Positions 44,314 to 55,628 of a stretch of 64,000 bases of DNA are shown here, one piece after another. The first letter of the stretch is position 1. Each line of letters opens with the position of its first letter. The notes beneath the pieces were generated by a model. That model was given only the letters and a program-made list of their open reading frames with translations, was not told where the DNA came from and made no database searches. The stretch comes from Planctomycetota bacterium (GTDB lineage: Bacteria; Planctomycetota; JACOTG01; JAJDCM01). Both the position numbers and the translations under genes were made by a program. The stretch is from contig JAJDCM010000382.1 of the NCBI GenBank assembly GCA_029260825.1, positions 1,221 through 65,220 of the forward strand, given 5' to 3'.

Positions 44314-45651
44314 TTATCGGCCGTCCTGGGGCGCCGGCTTGAGGACGGTATGACCACGCCGAGCCCGAGGAAGCTCGCTCGGGATCCCGAACTGCTCCTG
44401 ACAGAGATCGGGAGCCCTCGAAACGAGCTGTTTCTGTTCCGGATCGACGAAGACATAGAACTTCCAGAGCTGCCGATGCTTCTCCTTCAAGATCTCGATT
44501 TCCGGGTTTCTCAGGGTGGCGAGGGAGACGAGATCAGCCGCGTCGGTACGAACGAGAACGTCCGCTTCCTTGAGCGCCATTCCCACCGCCGGGCAATAGA
44601 TGATCACGGACTCGGGGGGAACGGCAAGTTTTCGGGCGATCCGTCGCTCGATCTTCTCTCGTTCTCCTCCTTCATTCAGATGATAACGACTGACCAGATC
44701 GGCTTGACGATCCGGCCCGATCGCCGGGCTAAGAAGATAGGCAGCCTTATAAAGACGCCGTGCATCCAGGCGCTGCATCAAGGTGCGAATACCTCTTACC
44801 CGTGAGAAACGGGTGCGGAGGACATAAAGAAGTGACTCGTCCTTCAAGCCGTAGAGATCCGCTTTCTTCAGCCCCTTCGTGAGGCCCAGCTCGACCGCTT
44901 TGGAGATCATGGCTCCGGAGGCGATCTTGGTGTGATGATAGTAGACCCTCTCGGAGAGCGTGTATCGGAGGCGGAGGAGGTTGATGATCTCGGTGAGTGC
45001 ATCGTGGCGGAAGAGTCCGTTCTTGATGAGCTCGAAAAAGAGAGTGCCTTTCTCCTGTCGAAAATATTGAAACACCCGGTCATCGTAGTGCTGAGAGAGG
45101 CCACAGAAGTAAGCATCGCGACGCAGGTAATCAAGAAGATCGGCGCAAACCGTATCTCGCACCACTTGAATGGCAAATTTCGGTACTTCTCCGGCGCCGG
45201 CTTTTCCCGTGAGACAAGACGTCACGGTTTTTTTCAATCCGCTCTTCTTCAGGACCCCTCCGAGCTCCTTGCTCTCGAGAAAATGCGTCCATCGATCTTT
45301 GTCGTCATCGTGCCTTGGAAAAACGCGCCGCTCATCCTCCAGAGTGTGACCGTAGGGAAGATGTCCAACGTCGTGAAGAAGGGCGGCGACCCCGATCATC
45401 TCCCGATGCTCGGGTTGCACCACGATCCCTGCATCTTCGATGCAATCAAGGATGCGTCCCGCCACATGGAGAGTCCCCAGGCTGTGTTCGAATCGGGTGT
45501 GCTGAGCGCCAGGATAGACGAGGTACGCCGTTCCCAGCTGGCGAATCCCGCGCAGCCTCTGCATCTGAGGAGTGTCCAGGCACTTCTTTTGAAGGGGGGT
45601 GAGCTGGATGTCCCCATGGACCGGGTCCCGAACAATCTTTGCCATGGTCAT
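44314..45651 (-). CDS. HD-domain phosphohydrolase (dGTPase/SAMHD1-like dNTP triphosphohydrolase family)
   Basis: IVRDPVHGDIQLT...RLRGIRQLG...RFEHSLGT...LLHDVGHLPYGH...YLRRDAYFCG. Confidence 0.75.
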   Translation of the reverse strand: MTMAKIVRDPVHGDIQLTPLQKKCLDTPQMQRLRGIRQLGTAYLVYPGAQHTRFEHSLGTLHVAGRILDCIEDAGIVVQPEHREMIGVAALLHDVGHLPYGHTLEDERRVFPRHDDDKDRWTHFLESKELGGVLKKSGLKKTVTSCLTGKAGAGEVPKFAIQVVRDTVCADLLDYLRRDAYFCGLSQHYDDRVFQYFRQEKGTLFFELIKNGLFRHDALTEIINLLRLRYTLSERVYYHHTKIASGAMISKAVELGLTKGLKKADLYGLKDESLLYVLRTRFSRVRGIRTLMQRLDARRLYKAAYLLSPAIGPDRQADLVSRYHLNEGGEREKIERRIARKLAVPPESVIIYCPAVGMALKEADVLVRTDAADLVSLATLRNPEIEILKEKHRQLWKFYVFVDPEQKQLVSRAPDLCQEQFGIPSELPRARRGHTVLKPAPQDGR

Positions 45652-45659
45652 CTCGCCGA

Positions 45660-46703
45660 TCAGCCCAAAACGATGGCCCGCACTTTTTCAGTCGTCGGGT
45701 TGTAGATGATCCCCTTCTCCGTCACGATGCCCGCGACATAGGAAGCCGGGGTGACATCAAATGCAGGATTGAACACCGAGACGTTGGGGGGGGCCACCAT
45801 GGCGCCAAAACTCTCGGCAACTTCCGAAGGGTCTCTCTCTTCGATGGGGATCTCATCTCCGGACGCGATCTCCATGTCAAAAGTAGAGGTCGGCGCAACC
45901 ACGTAGAACGGGATTCCGTGAGCTTTGGCGAGAACCGCAACGGAGAAGGTACCAATCTTGTTGGCCACGTCGCCATTGGCGGCGATTCGGTCCGCACCCA
46001 CCACCACCTTGTTCACTTTTTCCTTCTTCATGGCATGACCCGCCATGTTGTCGGTGATGAGTGTGACATCGATTCCAGCCTGCATGAGCTCCCACGTGGT
46101 GAGCCGCGCACCCTGAAGCAGGGGGCGGGTTTCGTCCGCGTAGACCTCGAACTTCTTTCCCGCTTCTTTGGCCGAATACATGATGGAGAGAGCGGTACCG
46201 TAGCGAGCCGTGGCCAGTCCTCCGGCGTTGCAGTGGGTGAGGACCGAGTCTCCGGAGTCGATCAGGACGTGACCGATCTCGCCAAGTTTCTTGCAGATTT
46301 TCACGTCGTCTGCGTGGATGATCTTGGCTTCCTTCAGCAGGGCTTCCTTGATCGCAGCAACCGGTTGATCTGCAACCGACTCCGCAATCTTCACCATGCG
46401 CTTGACCGCCCAGGAGAGGTTGACCGCAGTGGGGCGGGCGGTACTGACCGCCTCTGCCACCCGGGCCAGCTCGGATTTGAAGTTTTCATCCGTTGCGTTC
46501 CGGATCCCCAGAACGACTCCGAATGCGCCTGCGACCCCGATAGCGGGGGCACCCCGAACCGCAAGAATCTGGATGGCATGAATCATCTCCTCCATCTTCT
46601 CGCAGACAAGATATTCAAGGGATCCGGGAAGCTTCGTCTGATCGATCAGGCGAGCGTGGCCGTCGAGGTCTCCGACCCACTCAAGTGTCATGGGAACGGT
46701 CAT
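45660..46703 (-). CDS. mtnA: S-methyl-5-thioribose-1-phosphate isomerase
   Basis: eIF2B/MtnA family motifs (AIQILAVRGAPAIGVAGAFG, GADRIAANGD). 4-nt overlap with purE. Confidence 0.85.
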   Translation of the reverse strand: MTVPMTLEWVGDLDGHARLIDQTKLPGSLEYLVCEKMEEMIHAIQILAVRGAPAIGVAGAFGVVLGIRNATDENFKSELARVAEAVSTARPTAVNLSWAVKRMVKIAESVADQPVAAIKEALLKEAKIIHADDVKICKKLGEIGHVLIDSGDSVLTHCNAGGLATARYGTALSIMYSAKEAGKKFEVYADETRPLLQGARLTTWELMQAGIDVTLITDNMAGHAMKKEKVNKVVVGADRIAANGDVANKIGTFSVAVLAKAHGIPFYVVAPTSTFDMEIASGDEIPIEERDPSEVAESFGAMVAPPNVSVFNPAFDVTPASYVAGIVTEKGIIYNPTTEKVRAIVLG

Positions 46704-47245
46704 CGGGACGTCTCCTGATGAAATTGTCTTCGAACTCGCTCATCCGAGGCAAGTGCCTTTCTCTCCATGTTCTTTCGAAATTCCAGCAGCTTGTCGGTGA
46801 GATCTCGGTCCGAAAGCGCAAGGATCTCCGCCGCGAGAATCCCGGCGTTCCTGGCGCCTCCCTTGCCGACGGCGACGGTGGCAACCGGGATTCCCGGAGG
46901 CATCTGAACCGTCGAGTAGAGGGAATCGACCCCGTGAAGATCCGAGGATGGAACTGGAATTCCGATGACGGGGAGAATGGTCTGTGCTGCAACCGCACCG
47001 GCGAGATGGGCCGCATGGCCCGCGGCGCAAATCAAGACCTTCATCCCCCGATCCGTGGCCGATCTGGCGTAGTCTGCGACCAGCGTTGGGGTTCGATGGG
47101 CCGAGAGGACCCGAACATCAAAAGGGATCTCAAGTTCCACCAACGCATCGAGACAGGGGCGAACCCCGTCGAGATCGGATTCACTTCCCATGAGGACACC
47201 CACTGCAATTTCTGGTTGAGTCATGAGCCTTTCTGAGCTCTCCAT
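46700..47245 (-). CDS. purE: N5-carboxyaminoimidazole ribonucleotide mutase
   Basis: [11 protein letters not shown]...[13 protein letters not shown]...PVIGIP. Confidence 0.85.
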   Translation of the reverse strand: MESSERLMTQPEIAVGVLMGSESDLDGVRPCLDALVELEIPFDVRVLSAHRTPTLVADYARSATDRGMKVLICAAGHAAHLAGAVAAQTILPVIGIPVPSSDLHGVDSLYSTVQMPPGIPVATVAVGKGGARNAGILAAEILALSDRDLTDKLLEFRKNMERKALASDERVRRQFHQETSR

Positions 47246-47381
47246 CTACGGGGTTTTTGCGTCGAATCCAGAGCGAGGGCGCATTGTAGATGGGCGGTGT
47301 CTCACCACCAAGGGGGCCTTGGGAAAAACGTTTCAAAACTCCGCCGGTTTTCAGGACTCATGATGGCCGGAAGGGGGCGGT

Positions 47382-49529
47382 CTACTGCTTGACACCGACG
47401 CAGAAGAGGTGGCCGAGCGACCGCACAAAGATCATTCCATCCGAGATGGCCGGAGTCGCCATGCACACCTCTCCGACGGAATTGGAGGCGAGGAGCTCGT
47501 ATTTCGCCCCTGCCTTCACAACGTGGATATCTCCGTCCTCGCTGGTGAAGTAGATTTTCCCGTCCGCGGCAACCGGCGACGCCGTGTACCCCCCGCCTTT
47601 GCCTCCAGCGACCCGATTGCGATAGAGGCGTTTTCCGGTCGTCGCCTCATAGCAGGTCAAAACCCCCGAATTGGCAAGAGTGTAGAGATGGTCTCCATAC
47701 ACAAGAGGAGTCGGCATGTAGGTTCCGCCCCGGTTGTGGCTCCAGGCAACGCCATCGTTCCTGCTCTCTCTCCCCTTGAGAGTAATGTCACCTACAGCGT
47801 CGACCTTCACCGCATAGAGGGGCTGAATCGGTTGATAGCCGCCGGTAAAGAAGATGAGACCATGACCGAAAACCGGGCTACCCACCGTGACTTCCGAGTT
47901 CCCGCCAAGGCGCCAGAGTTCCTTCCCCGATCGTGGATCGTAGCCATAAACTCTCTTGCTCGAGTTCGTGACGACCTGAACCCGGTCCTTGCTTTCCACG
48001 ATTGTTGGAGTTCCCCAGGAAGGGATCTCATCTCGCCTGGTTTTCCAGACTTCCTTGCCATCTCGGAGCTGGTAACCCGAGATGAACGAATTCTTCTGGA
48101 TATCAGCCTGCACGATGACAAGATCTTCGAAAAGAACGGGCGAGCTTGAAAACCCCCACTGGTATTCCGGGTCATAGAACCATCCGGAATCCAGATCCCC
48201 CAGATCCCGCTTCCAGCGGAGATTTCCCGAAAGCTCGTAACAATAGAGGCCTTCCGCACCCAGGTTCACCACGAGGCTCTCCCCGTCGGTGGCGGGGGTG
48301 CAGCTTGCGTGACTTCCCTTCAAGTGACGGCGAATTTTCGGGACCCCTTTGCAGATTTCTTTTTCCCAGAGGAGCTCGCCCGAATCCTTCTGAAGACAGT
48401 AAAGCTTCCAGGTGTGGACGGACTCATCGACCACGGAATCCACGTCGCCGTACTGACCATGGCGGAAGGCGGGATCCGACTTGCCGCTGATGGCGGTGGT
48501 GAGAAAAACCCTGTCCCCGGCAACGATCGGGCAAGAATGGCCGAGACCGGGAATCGCGGTCTTCCATCGGATGTTGTGAGAAGTCCTGACGTCCCAGCGA
48601 AGAGGCGGGTGCTGCCCATCGGCGACGCCGGAGCCCCGGTTTCCTCGGAACGAACCCCAGTTTGATGGAGAAGTAACGGGCATTGCTTCCTCCGGAGGAG
48701 CACTTACCGTCTCAACCTCAGGAGCCGCCTTCCTCTCCACACGATCAAACACAAAAGTGGAGGAACCCTGCTTCAGGGTCATGCTCCCGACTTTCCCCTC
48801 GGTCGGCTTGAATACAATTGTGATCCCTGGATACTCGACCGAACTGAAGGTGGTGGGATCGGTGGGAGCATAGGTAATCTCGGGTTGGCCGGAGACGACA
48901 CCTTTGAGCTTTCCCGTCTCGGGCCGAAAAGAAATCTCCAGACCGATCTGAGCATTCTCGTAAGAACCGGCATAGGTCTCCAGCGTCTCCTGGGAAACCT
49001 CCGGGGCTGATTCTTTCGTGGATTTTGCACCGCCATCCAAAAGGAGTTTGACGATCTCGTCATGGGACCCGGATTTGGCCGCGACAAGGGCGGCTGAAAG
49101 AGTTTCCGGGGGAAGGGAACCCTGTGCCAGAGCCGCTCTGATCAATCCCGCGTGGCCCTTTTCTACCGCCTTCATGAAACCGGACGGCTCAGCCGGAGCC
49201 CCGCTGGAAATGAGTAGAGACAGGATGTCGAAGTGGTCGTGAGAAAGGGCCCAATAATAGGGAGTTGCCCCGTAGAAGGTGTCCGAGAGGTTGACCGTCG
49301 CACCCTTTTCGATGAGCAATCGGGCGATATCAAGGTAACCCTTGTCACAGGCGAAAAAAAGCGCCGTGGCCCCGTATTCGGTCTTGACGTTGACATCCGT
49401 TCCCGCGTCGAGGAGGCCCTCAATCTTCTTCAGGTTTCCCTTTCGTGCCGCCTCGAAAAAGGCCTCGGAGGCGACGGAAGAGGAGGTCGAGACGACGCAA
49501 AGGGTAAAAACGAGGAAGATGGTTCGCAT
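47382..49529 (-). CDS. Secreted protein with N-terminal ankyrin repeats and C-terminal PQQ-type beta-propeller
   Basis: Signal peptide. Ankyrin units ([28 protein letters not shown]). Repeated W-containing PQQ/BamB-like blades ([27 protein letters not shown]). Confidence 0.7.
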   Translation of the reverse strand: MRTIFLVFTLCVVSTSSSVASEAFFEAARKGNLKKIEGLLDAGTDVNVKTEYGATALFFACDKGYLDIARLLIEKGATVNLSDTFYGATPYYWALSHDHFDILSLLISSGAPAEPSGFMKAVEKGHAGLIRAALAQGSLPPETLSAALVAAKSGSHDEIVKLLLDGGAKSTKESAPEVSQETLETYAGSYENAQIGLEISFRPETGKLKGVVSGQPEITYAPTDPTTFSSVEYPGITIVFKPTEGKVGSMTLKQGSSTFVFDRVERKAAPEVETVSAPPEEAMPVTSPSNWGSFRGNRGSGVADGQHPPLRWDVRTSHNIRWKTAIPGLGHSCPIVAGDRVFLTTAISGKSDPAFRHGQYGDVDSVVDESVHTWKLYCLQKDSGELLWEKEICKGVPKIRRHLKGSHASCTPATDGESLVVNLGAEGLYCYELSGNLRWKRDLGDLDSGWFYDPEYQWGFSSSPVLFEDLVIVQADIQKNSFISGYQLRDGKEVWKTRRDEIPSWGTPTIVESKDRVQVVTNSSKRVYGYDPRSGKELWRLGGNSEVTVGSPVFGHGLIFFTGGYQPIQPLYAVKVDAVGDITLKGRESRNDGVAWSHNRGGTYMPTPLVYGDHLYTLANSGVLTCYEATTGKRLYRNRVAGGKGGGYTASPVAADGKIYFTSEDGDIHVVKAGAKYELLASNSVGEVCMATPAISDGMIFVRSLGHLFCVGVKQ

Positions 49530-49660
49530 ATGACCGATTCCTGCGATAGGGGTCTTCGTTCCTTTAGATGTGGCCCGCAGCAGCTACGAGGAAGCGGCAG
49601 AACTCACGATTTACCGTTCTACGCCGCCGCAGCGATCGAGTTCCTTCGTTTTTCCATTTC

Positions 49661-51463
49661 TCAGGTATTCTCCTGGTCGGTCTTCAAAACCGCCAGGAAA
49701 GCCTCCTGCGGGATTTCAACGGACCCGATCATCTTCATCTTCTTCTTTCCGGCACGCTGCTTATCGAGGAGCTTTCGCTTCCGGCTGATATCACCGCCGT
49801 AGCATTTGGCGGTCACGTCTTTTCGATAGGCATTGATGGTGCTGCGAGCAATGATCGTCCCTCCGATTGCCCCTTGAATGGCAATCTTGAAGTTCTGCCG
49901 AGGAATCGTGTCCTTCAATCTCTCGCAGTATTTGAGGGCTCGGGGGCGTGATTTTCCCCGGAACACAAGCTGGGAAAGAGCATCGACAGGCTCGGAGTTG
50001 ACCAGGATATCCACCTTCACCACATCCGTTTTTCGGTAGTCAAGGAGTTCATAGTCAAACGAGCCGTATCCCCGGGTGACCGTCTTCAGCTTGTCGTAAA
50101 ATTCGTACAGGACCTCGCCAAGCGGGAGCTCGCTCTTGACCTCGAGCCGGCCCACGGCCAGATAGTTGAATTCCGTGTTCTCCCCTCGATGCTCCTGACA
50201 GAGCTCGATGACCGTTCCCAGGAACCTCTCGGGAATGAGGACCGACGCCTTGATGAACGGCTCGGTCACGGATTCGATCGTTCCCGGATCCGGATAGTAA
50301 GTAGGATTATCTACTTCGACTTCCTCGCCGCTCGTGAGTGTAATCTTGTACATGACGGTGGGGGCGGAAAGAAGGAGCGAGATTCCATGTTCTCGTTGTA
50401 GCCGTTCCTGAACGACATCGAGGTGGAGCAGGCCGAGGAATCCACAACGAAAACCGAATCCCAGCGCGGCCGAGGAGTCCTTTTGATAGGTCAGCGACGC
50501 ATCGTTCAGGGATAGTTTCTCGAGAGCTCGAGTGAGGTCTTCATAATCTTCGGTCGCCATGGGATAGATGGAAGAGAAGACCACGCTCTTTGCTTCCTTG
50601 TAACCAGGAAGCGGCTCGTCAGCCGGACAGTCGGCAAGGGTGACGGTGTCACCGATAGCAATATCTTGAATGGCCTTGATTCCGGCGATGACGTAGCCCA
50701 CGTCTCCCGCCTGAAGCGTCTTGGTTTTGACCTTCTTGAGCTGAAGGTGACCGACTTCTTCCACTCCGTAGTCGGCTTTTGTGTACATGAGGCGGATGGT
50801 GTCTTTTGCCTTGATCGTCCCTTGAACGACCCGACACATGAGGACGACTCCGACGTATGCATCATACTGGGCGTCGAAGACCAGAGCCTTCACCGGTGCT
50901 TTTGGATCTCCCTGGGGAGCCGGAAGCCGCTCAACGATCGCCTCCAGGATTTCCTCGATCCCGATGCCCTTCTTGGCGGAACACGGAAGAGCTTCATCGC
51001 TATCCAGACCGAGATCCTCTTCAATCTCTTCCTTGACCCGCTCCACATCCGCGGCGGGAAGGTCGATCTTGTTGATGACGGGGATCAGCTCCAGATTGTA
51101 TTCCAGGGCCAGATAGAGATTGGCAACGGTCTGAGCCTCCACTCCCTGGGAGGCGTCCACCACCATGAGAGCCCCCTCACAAGACATGAGGGACCGACGC
51201 ACTTCATGGGAGAAATCCACATGGCCCGGAGTATCGATCAGGTTCAGGGTATAGTCTTTTCCATTCTTCGCCTTGTAGGAGAGGGTCACCGTGTTGCTTT
51301 TGATGGTGATCCCACGTTCCCTCTCGATATCCATCGAATCCAGGATCTGATCTCTGAACTCCCGGTCTGAAATGGCTCCGCAGGCCTGAATCAGGCGATC
51401 GGCCAGGGTCGATTTTCCGTGGTCGAGATGGGCGATAATGCAAAAATTCCGGGTGTTCTCCAC
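49661..51463 (-). CDS. lepA: Elongation factor 4 (ribosomal back-translocase)
   Basis: IRNFCIIAHLDHGKSTLADRL and full-length LepA conservation. Confidence 0.95.
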   Translation of the reverse strand: MENTRNFCIIAHLDHGKSTLADRLIQACGAISDREFRDQILDSMDIERERGITIKSNTVTLSYKAKNGKDYTLNLIDTPGHVDFSHEVRRSLMSCEGALMVVDASQGVEAQTVANLYLALEYNLELIPVINKIDLPAADVERVKEEIEEDLGLDSDEALPCSAKKGIGIEEILEAIVERLPAPQGDPKAPVKALVFDAQYDAYVGVVLMCRVVQGTIKAKDTIRLMYTKADYGVEEVGHLQLKKVKTKTLQAGDVGYVIAGIKAIQDIAIGDTVTLADCPADEPLPGYKEAKSVVFSSIYPMATEDYEDLTRALEKLSLNDASLTYQKDSSAALGFGFRCGFLGLLHLDVVQERLQREHGISLLLSAPTVMYKITLTSGEEVEVDNPTYYPDPGTIESVTEPFIKASVLIPERFLGTVIELCQEHRGENTEFNYLAVGRLEVKSELPLGEVLYEFYDKLKTVTRGYGSFDYELLDYRKTDVVKVDILVNSEPVDALSQLVFRGKSRPRALKYCERLKDTIPRQNFKIAIQGAIGGTIIARSTINAYRKDVTAKCYGGDISRKRKLLDKQRAGKKKMKMIGSVEIPQEAFLAVLKTDQENT

Positions 51464-51602
51464 CGATGCTCCTTCACTGAGCTAATTCCTGGGCCAGGTA
51501 AATGCCTGGGCATTCTACAAGTTCAGCCGCGTCCTGCCGAGAATCGTGACTGGATGCCGCCTGATCGGCGATGCTTCAGCACGAGGCTTCAGCGCGATGC
51601 TT

Positions 51603-52727
51603 CTAGGGCCGGGCTATGAGCTGGGCCACGGTTTCAAGGTGCCCGGTCTGGGGAAAGAGGTCCAGATGATGGAGGCTTTCGAGGTCGTAAGCGGGAAGGA
51701 AATGGGCCAGATCTCGTGCCAGAGTCGCCACATGGCAGGATACATAGGTGATTCGGTCCGGCCGTTTCGACAAGAGCGTGGTGCGAACCGCCGATGACAT
51801 GCCGGTTCGGGGAGGATCCAGAAGGACCCGATCCGCGGAATGGGGTAACCGGCGGATCCAGCTCTCGACCCGAGATGAATTGATGGTGAGATTCTTGTGT
51901 TGATTGGCCTTGGCATTTTGCTGGGCGAAGCTTGTAGCAACCCGGTCGCTTTCCACCCCGATGACTCGTTTGTACTTACGGGCAAGAGCCAGAGCAAAGA
52001 GCCCGACTCCGCAGTAGAGGTCGTAGGCGGTGTTGCCCTCGAAATCGCCCACCGCGAGCTCGACCAGATTCACCAGCAAGTTCCGGTGAGGCTGAAAGAA
52101 GCATCGAGAATCAAAGGTGATGCGGTCCTGGAGAACCTGGTGGACGATCGGTGCGGTGGGGAGGCCCCCGATTGCCGGGGAGACCGAAACCCGACCGTCG
52201 CCACCGGTGGCAAGAGTCGCTTCTTGCGGATATGTGGAGGCAAGCTTCTCGGGAAGGGTCGTAAGAAGGCCTTCGAGAGAAGGTGCGAGAATCGGGCACG
52301 CGTCCACCGGTACGTGCTGATCCGAGTTTCGAGCGAGAAACCCGATCGTGGGGAGCCCCTCTGCGTCGGGACGAAAATGCACCTTGGTCCGCAGGCGGTA
52401 ACCCCAGAAACCTCCGGTCGTCACAGGAAGAGGGTCTTTCAGCTCCAGCCCGGCGATCCGGCTCAAGGTCTCCCTGGCGGCCTCGGCCTTCAGGATGAGC
52501 TGAGCTTCGTCTTCAATGTGCTGCAGGTCACATCCGCCACAGTCCTGGAAATAGGCGCACGGAGGATTGCGACGGCTCGGACCCGGCTCGAGAATTTCGA
52601 GAATCACTCCGCGAGCAAAGTTCTTTTTCTGCTCGATGATCTGAATCCGGAGAACGTCACCCGGTGCAGATCGGGGGACAAAAACGGAGAGTCCTTCATG
52701 GCGGAGGAGTCCGTCACCGCCGTCCAC
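51603..52727 (-). CDS. rlmD: 23S rRNA (uracil-5-)-methyltransferase RlmD/RumA family (TRAM-FeS-MTase)
   Basis: TRAM-like N-terminus, CxxxxxxC...C Fe-S cysteines (CAYFQDCGGCDLQH), SAM-MTase DLYCGVGLF, catalytic C-terminus DPPRTG...VSC. The N-terminus may start slightly upstream. Confidence 0.8.
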   Translation of the reverse strand: MDGGDGLLRHEGLSVFVPRSAPGDVLRIQIIEQKKNFARGVILEILEPGPSRRNPPCAYFQDCGGCDLQHIEDEAQLILKAEAARETLSRIAGLELKDPLPVTTGGFWGYRLRTKVHFRPDAEGLPTIGFLARNSDQHVPVDACPILAPSLEGLLTTLPEKLASTYPQEATLATGGDGRVSVSPAIGGLPTAPIVHQVLQDRITFDSRCFFQPHRNLLVNLVELAVGDFEGNTAYDLYCGVGLFALALARKYKRVIGVESDRVATSFAQQNAKANQHKNLTINSSRVESWIRRLPHSADRVLLDPPRTGMSSAVRTTLLSKRPDRITYVSCHVATLARDLAHFLPAYDLESLHHLDLFPQTGHLETVAQLIARP

Positions 52728-52780
52728 CAGCTTGAGGACCGTGCCTTCAAACTCGACCTTGTCGGAAAGATGGTTGATAC

Positions 52781-53977
52781 CTATGGCGCCCGAAGCTCCT
52801 TTGAATACTGAAAGAGGGCGGTTTCAAGCTCGGCCATCTGCTTCTTGAAGATCTTCTCGAAGAGCTTGGCTCCGTGGTCGTTTGCGGCTTCCTGCATGTC
52901 GGTAAAGCTTGGCACTTTGATGTATTTTTCGCAGAGCTTTTCCCAGGTCGGATAGAAGACAGAATCCTTGTTCTTCTGCATGAAATGGCAAAGAAGCCAG
53001 CACTGACCACCCCAGGCCCAACGGGACCTTCCTTGAACCTCTCTTGGAGAAGTGCGAAGAAGTTTCCGAAGGGGCATCAGTCCTTTGACGGGAAGCTCAT
53101 CGATCAGGGATTCGTAGAGTAACCCGACTTCAAGGGTCTCTGTTTCTCGATCCCATTTCACTCGCTCAAAATACCTGCGAGCCCCCTCTCCAAACCAGTC
53201 GGGAACTCGGTCCTTCCATGCGTACCACGTATAGAGCTCGGACACGGCCCCGACCGTTCGACTGATCAGGGTTTGACGGCCTTCACCCGGATCATAGGTG
53301 ACGAAAACTTCGAGCCCCGAATCAAAGAATCCGGTGGTATGAGCCCAACCCTTGGCGTCGTGATCCTCGCAGAAATCCTGGAATCCCTGCTTATCCTTGA
53401 AGAGAAAGACAGGCATCAGGGCCCCGGGGATCTTGATGTCGTCCACCCTGCGAGTGAGCTTCTTTGGTTTCTCGGGAGTGCGATTCATGAAGAACTCTTG
53501 ATAGGCGGGAGCTGCCGCCTCCAGGGCCATCAGGAGCTCGGCCCCCAGATCCTCCGGGCCGTCTGTGCGCACATAGAAGTGAAGACCGGAGAGTTCCCAG
53601 CCCTTTCGCCAGTTCGAATGAAGAGCATCGGCCTCGGCCCGAGGAACCCAATCTTTTCCCCGGGGCAGGAGCCCTTTTTCCATCTTCTCCCGATCTTTCT
53701 TATCCATCCAGCGTCCGCGGTGACGGACCTTTCCCTTTTTCAGGAGCTTCAGCTCCTTCTTGGTGACCCACTTTCCCTCATGCTCAACAAGACCTCGCTC
53801 CATCGCGGACTTCTCTGCGAGAGTCACAAGCTTCCCCTTGTAGCGGACCTTCTCTTCCTTTCCCGCGCCTTGTTTTGGTCGAGACACAGGAGATGACGCC
53901 TGAGCAACCGGCAAAGTGAGGGAAAGACAGAACAGGACGAGGGCTAGCCAAATCGGAAATAATGGCCGTTGGTTCAT
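52781..53977 (-). CDS. Hypothetical secreted protein (signal peptide; Lys-rich region)
   Basis: Start chosen at MNQRPLFPIWLALVLFCLSLTLPVAQA. No recognisable catalytic motif. Confidence 0.5.
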   Translation of the reverse strand: MNQRPLFPIWLALVLFCLSLTLPVAQASSPVSRPKQGAGKEEKVRYKGKLVTLAEKSAMERGLVEHEGKWVTKKELKLLKKGKVRHRGRWMDKKDREKMEKGLLPRGKDWVPRAEADALHSNWRKGWELSGLHFYVRTDGPEDLGAELLMALEAAAPAYQEFFMNRTPEKPKKLTRRVDDIKIPGALMPVFLFKDKQGFQDFCEDHDAKGWAHTTGFFDSGLEVFVTYDPGEGRQTLISRTVGAVSELYTWYAWKDRVPDWFGEGARRYFERVKWDRETETLEVGLLYESLIDELPVKGLMPLRKLLRTSPREVQGRSRWAWGGQCWLLCHFMQKNKDSVFYPTWEKLCEKYIKVPSFTDMQEAANDHGAKLFEKIFKKQMAELETALFQYSKELRAP

Positions 53978-54118
53978 GGGAGAGCTCCTTGTGGGTTGTC
54001 CCCCATTGTCCCTTTGTTCCCATAATTTGTCCATCAAGGACTCCGGCGGCCAAGCCGACGGACCTTGAAAATGCGATGATGCGCACCCAGCGGGACAAAG
54101 ATTCAAAACCGGGAGATC

Positions 54119-54670
54119 TTGATGAGCGAAGAGCAAGAAGTCGAAAAGTGGAGAACCCTTGAGAAAGAGGAGCAGTTTCACTGTCGTGTCTTCCAGATAG
54201 ACCGGGTCCGCAATCAATCTCCGGGAGGAGAAAGGCTCGATGATTTCTTCATCATCCGGAGCCCGGACTGGGTAAACGTCATCGCTCTGACTTCAAGGCA
54301 GGAGGTGGTGATGATCGAACAGTACCGTCACGGAATCGACAAGATCACCCTGGAGATACCGGGCGGAATGATCGACGCGATCGACAAGGATCCGATCGAG
54401 GCGGGAGTCCGTGAGCTTCGGGAAGAGACGGGCTACGTGGGAAAGAACCCCCGGCTCATCGGGACGGTGGAGCCGAATCCGGCCCTACAGTCCAACGTCT
54501 GTCACTCGATTGTTGTCGAAGATGCGGAAAAGCTGGCGGAACTGGAACTCGACCCGAACGAAGAAATCGTGACCCGATTGATTCCTTTGAAGGACATCCG
54601 CGGATTGATCGCAGACGGAATCATTCGACACGTCATGGTCATCGGCGCCTTTTACCACCTCGGGGATTGA
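54119..54670 (+). CDS. NUDIX hydrolase (ADP-ribose pyrophosphatase-like)
   Basis: Nudix box GGMIDAIDKDPIEAGVRELREETGY. Confidence 0.75.
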   Translation: MMSEEQEVEKWRTLEKEEQFHCRVFQIDRVRNQSPGGERLDDFFIIRSPDWVNVIALTSRQEVVMIEQYRHGIDKITLEIPGGMIDAIDKDPIEAGVRELREETGYVGKNPRLIGTVEPNPALQSNVCHSIVVEDAEKLAELELDPNEEIVTRLIPLKDIRGLIADGIIRHVMVIGAFYHLGD

Positions 54671-54746
54671 GTTCTTCTCCCGATCCTCCAACCTTCCCCA
54701 CGGCCTTGGCCTCGGAGTCAACTCGAAGCCAAGGCTCGCAATGGGC

Positions 54747-55628
54747 CTACGACGTCAGGCGATGGAAGACATCCTCATAGGCCTGAGCCGTCTTCTGGAT
54801 CACCTCTTCGGGAAGATCGGGTGGGGGTGGATTCTTGTCCCAATCCGTGGTTTCAAGCCAATCACGCACGATCTGTTTATCCAGAGACGGTTGGGACTTT
54901 CCGGGCTCGTAGAGGTCGCCGGGCCAGAATCGAGATGAATCCGGGGTCAGGATCTCATCGATCAGGACGGTCTCTCCGCCATACTCTCCCCACTCGAACT
55001 TCGTGTCGGCAATGAGAAAACCGCGCTCCTCGACATGAGCCCTCGCTCTTGAATAGATCTCCAGACTCTTGTCTCGCAACTCGGCGGCAAGACTCTTGCC
55101 GACGAGGTTTTCCATTTCGGCAAAGGAAATGTTCTCGTCGTGTCCGGTTTCCGCCTTCGTCGAAGGAGTGAAGATCGGTTCCTCAAGTCGGGAGGAGTTT
55201 TGCAGACCCGCAGGGAGGGAAATGCCGCTCACCGCCCCCGTTCTCTGGTAATCCTTCCAGCCCGAGCCGGCAATGTAGCCCCTCACGATGCATTCCACCG
55301 GGTAGGGGTTTGCTTCCCGCACGAGCATGCACCGTCCGTCCAGAGCATCCCGGTGCTTTTGCACTGCTTCTGGCATTTCCGAGAGATCCGCGGTAATCAG
55401 GTGATTTCCGGTGACTTCCCGGAACAACTCCAGCCAGAATGCGGACATTTTGTTGAGGACCTGTCCCTTTCCCGGAATCCCCTGGCGGAGAATGACATCG
55501 AAGGCCGAAATCCGGTCCGAGGCAACAAAGAGGAAGGCATCCTCGACGCGGAAGATTTCCCGAACTTTGCCACGCTTGACGAAATCGAGTCCTGGCAAGG
55601 AGAAATCAGTGAGCACCGCGGTCTTCAT
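54747..55628 (-). CDS. purC: Phosphoribosylaminoimidazole-succinocarboxamide synthase
   Basis: SAICAR synthetase motifs (GKVREIF, ASDRISAFD, LIADTKFEWG). Confidence 0.9.
   Translation of the reverse strand: MKTAVLTDFSLPGLDFVKRGKVREIFRVEDAFLFVASDRISAFDVILRQGIPGKGQVLNKMSAFWLELFREVTGNHLITADLSEMPEAVQKHRDALDGRCMLVREANPYPVECIVRGYIAGSGWKDYQRTGAVSGISLPAGLQNSSRLEEPIFTPSTKAETGHDENISFAEMENLVGKSLAAELRDKSLEIYSRARAHVEERGFLIADTKFEWGEYGGETVLIDEILTPDSSRFWPGDLYEPGKSQPSLDKQIVRDWLETTDWDKNPPPPDLPEEVIQKTAQAYEDVFHRLTS

Noticed and set aside
45639-46718. 359-aa plus-strand ORF
   Set aside because: Antisense to mtnA.
47246-47381. purE 5' leader examined for a ZTP (pfl) or purine riboswitch
   Set aside because: Some GC-rich complementary segments (CCGGCGG / CACCGCC) are present, but I could not match the conserved ZTP or purine-riboswitch core positions by eye. 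Needs an Infernal/Rfam scan.
51464-51602. AATGCC-TG-GGCATT palindrome and GATGCTTCAGC direct repeats upstream of lepA
   Set aside because: Short, in a normal promoter/terminator gap, with no supporting context. Noted only.
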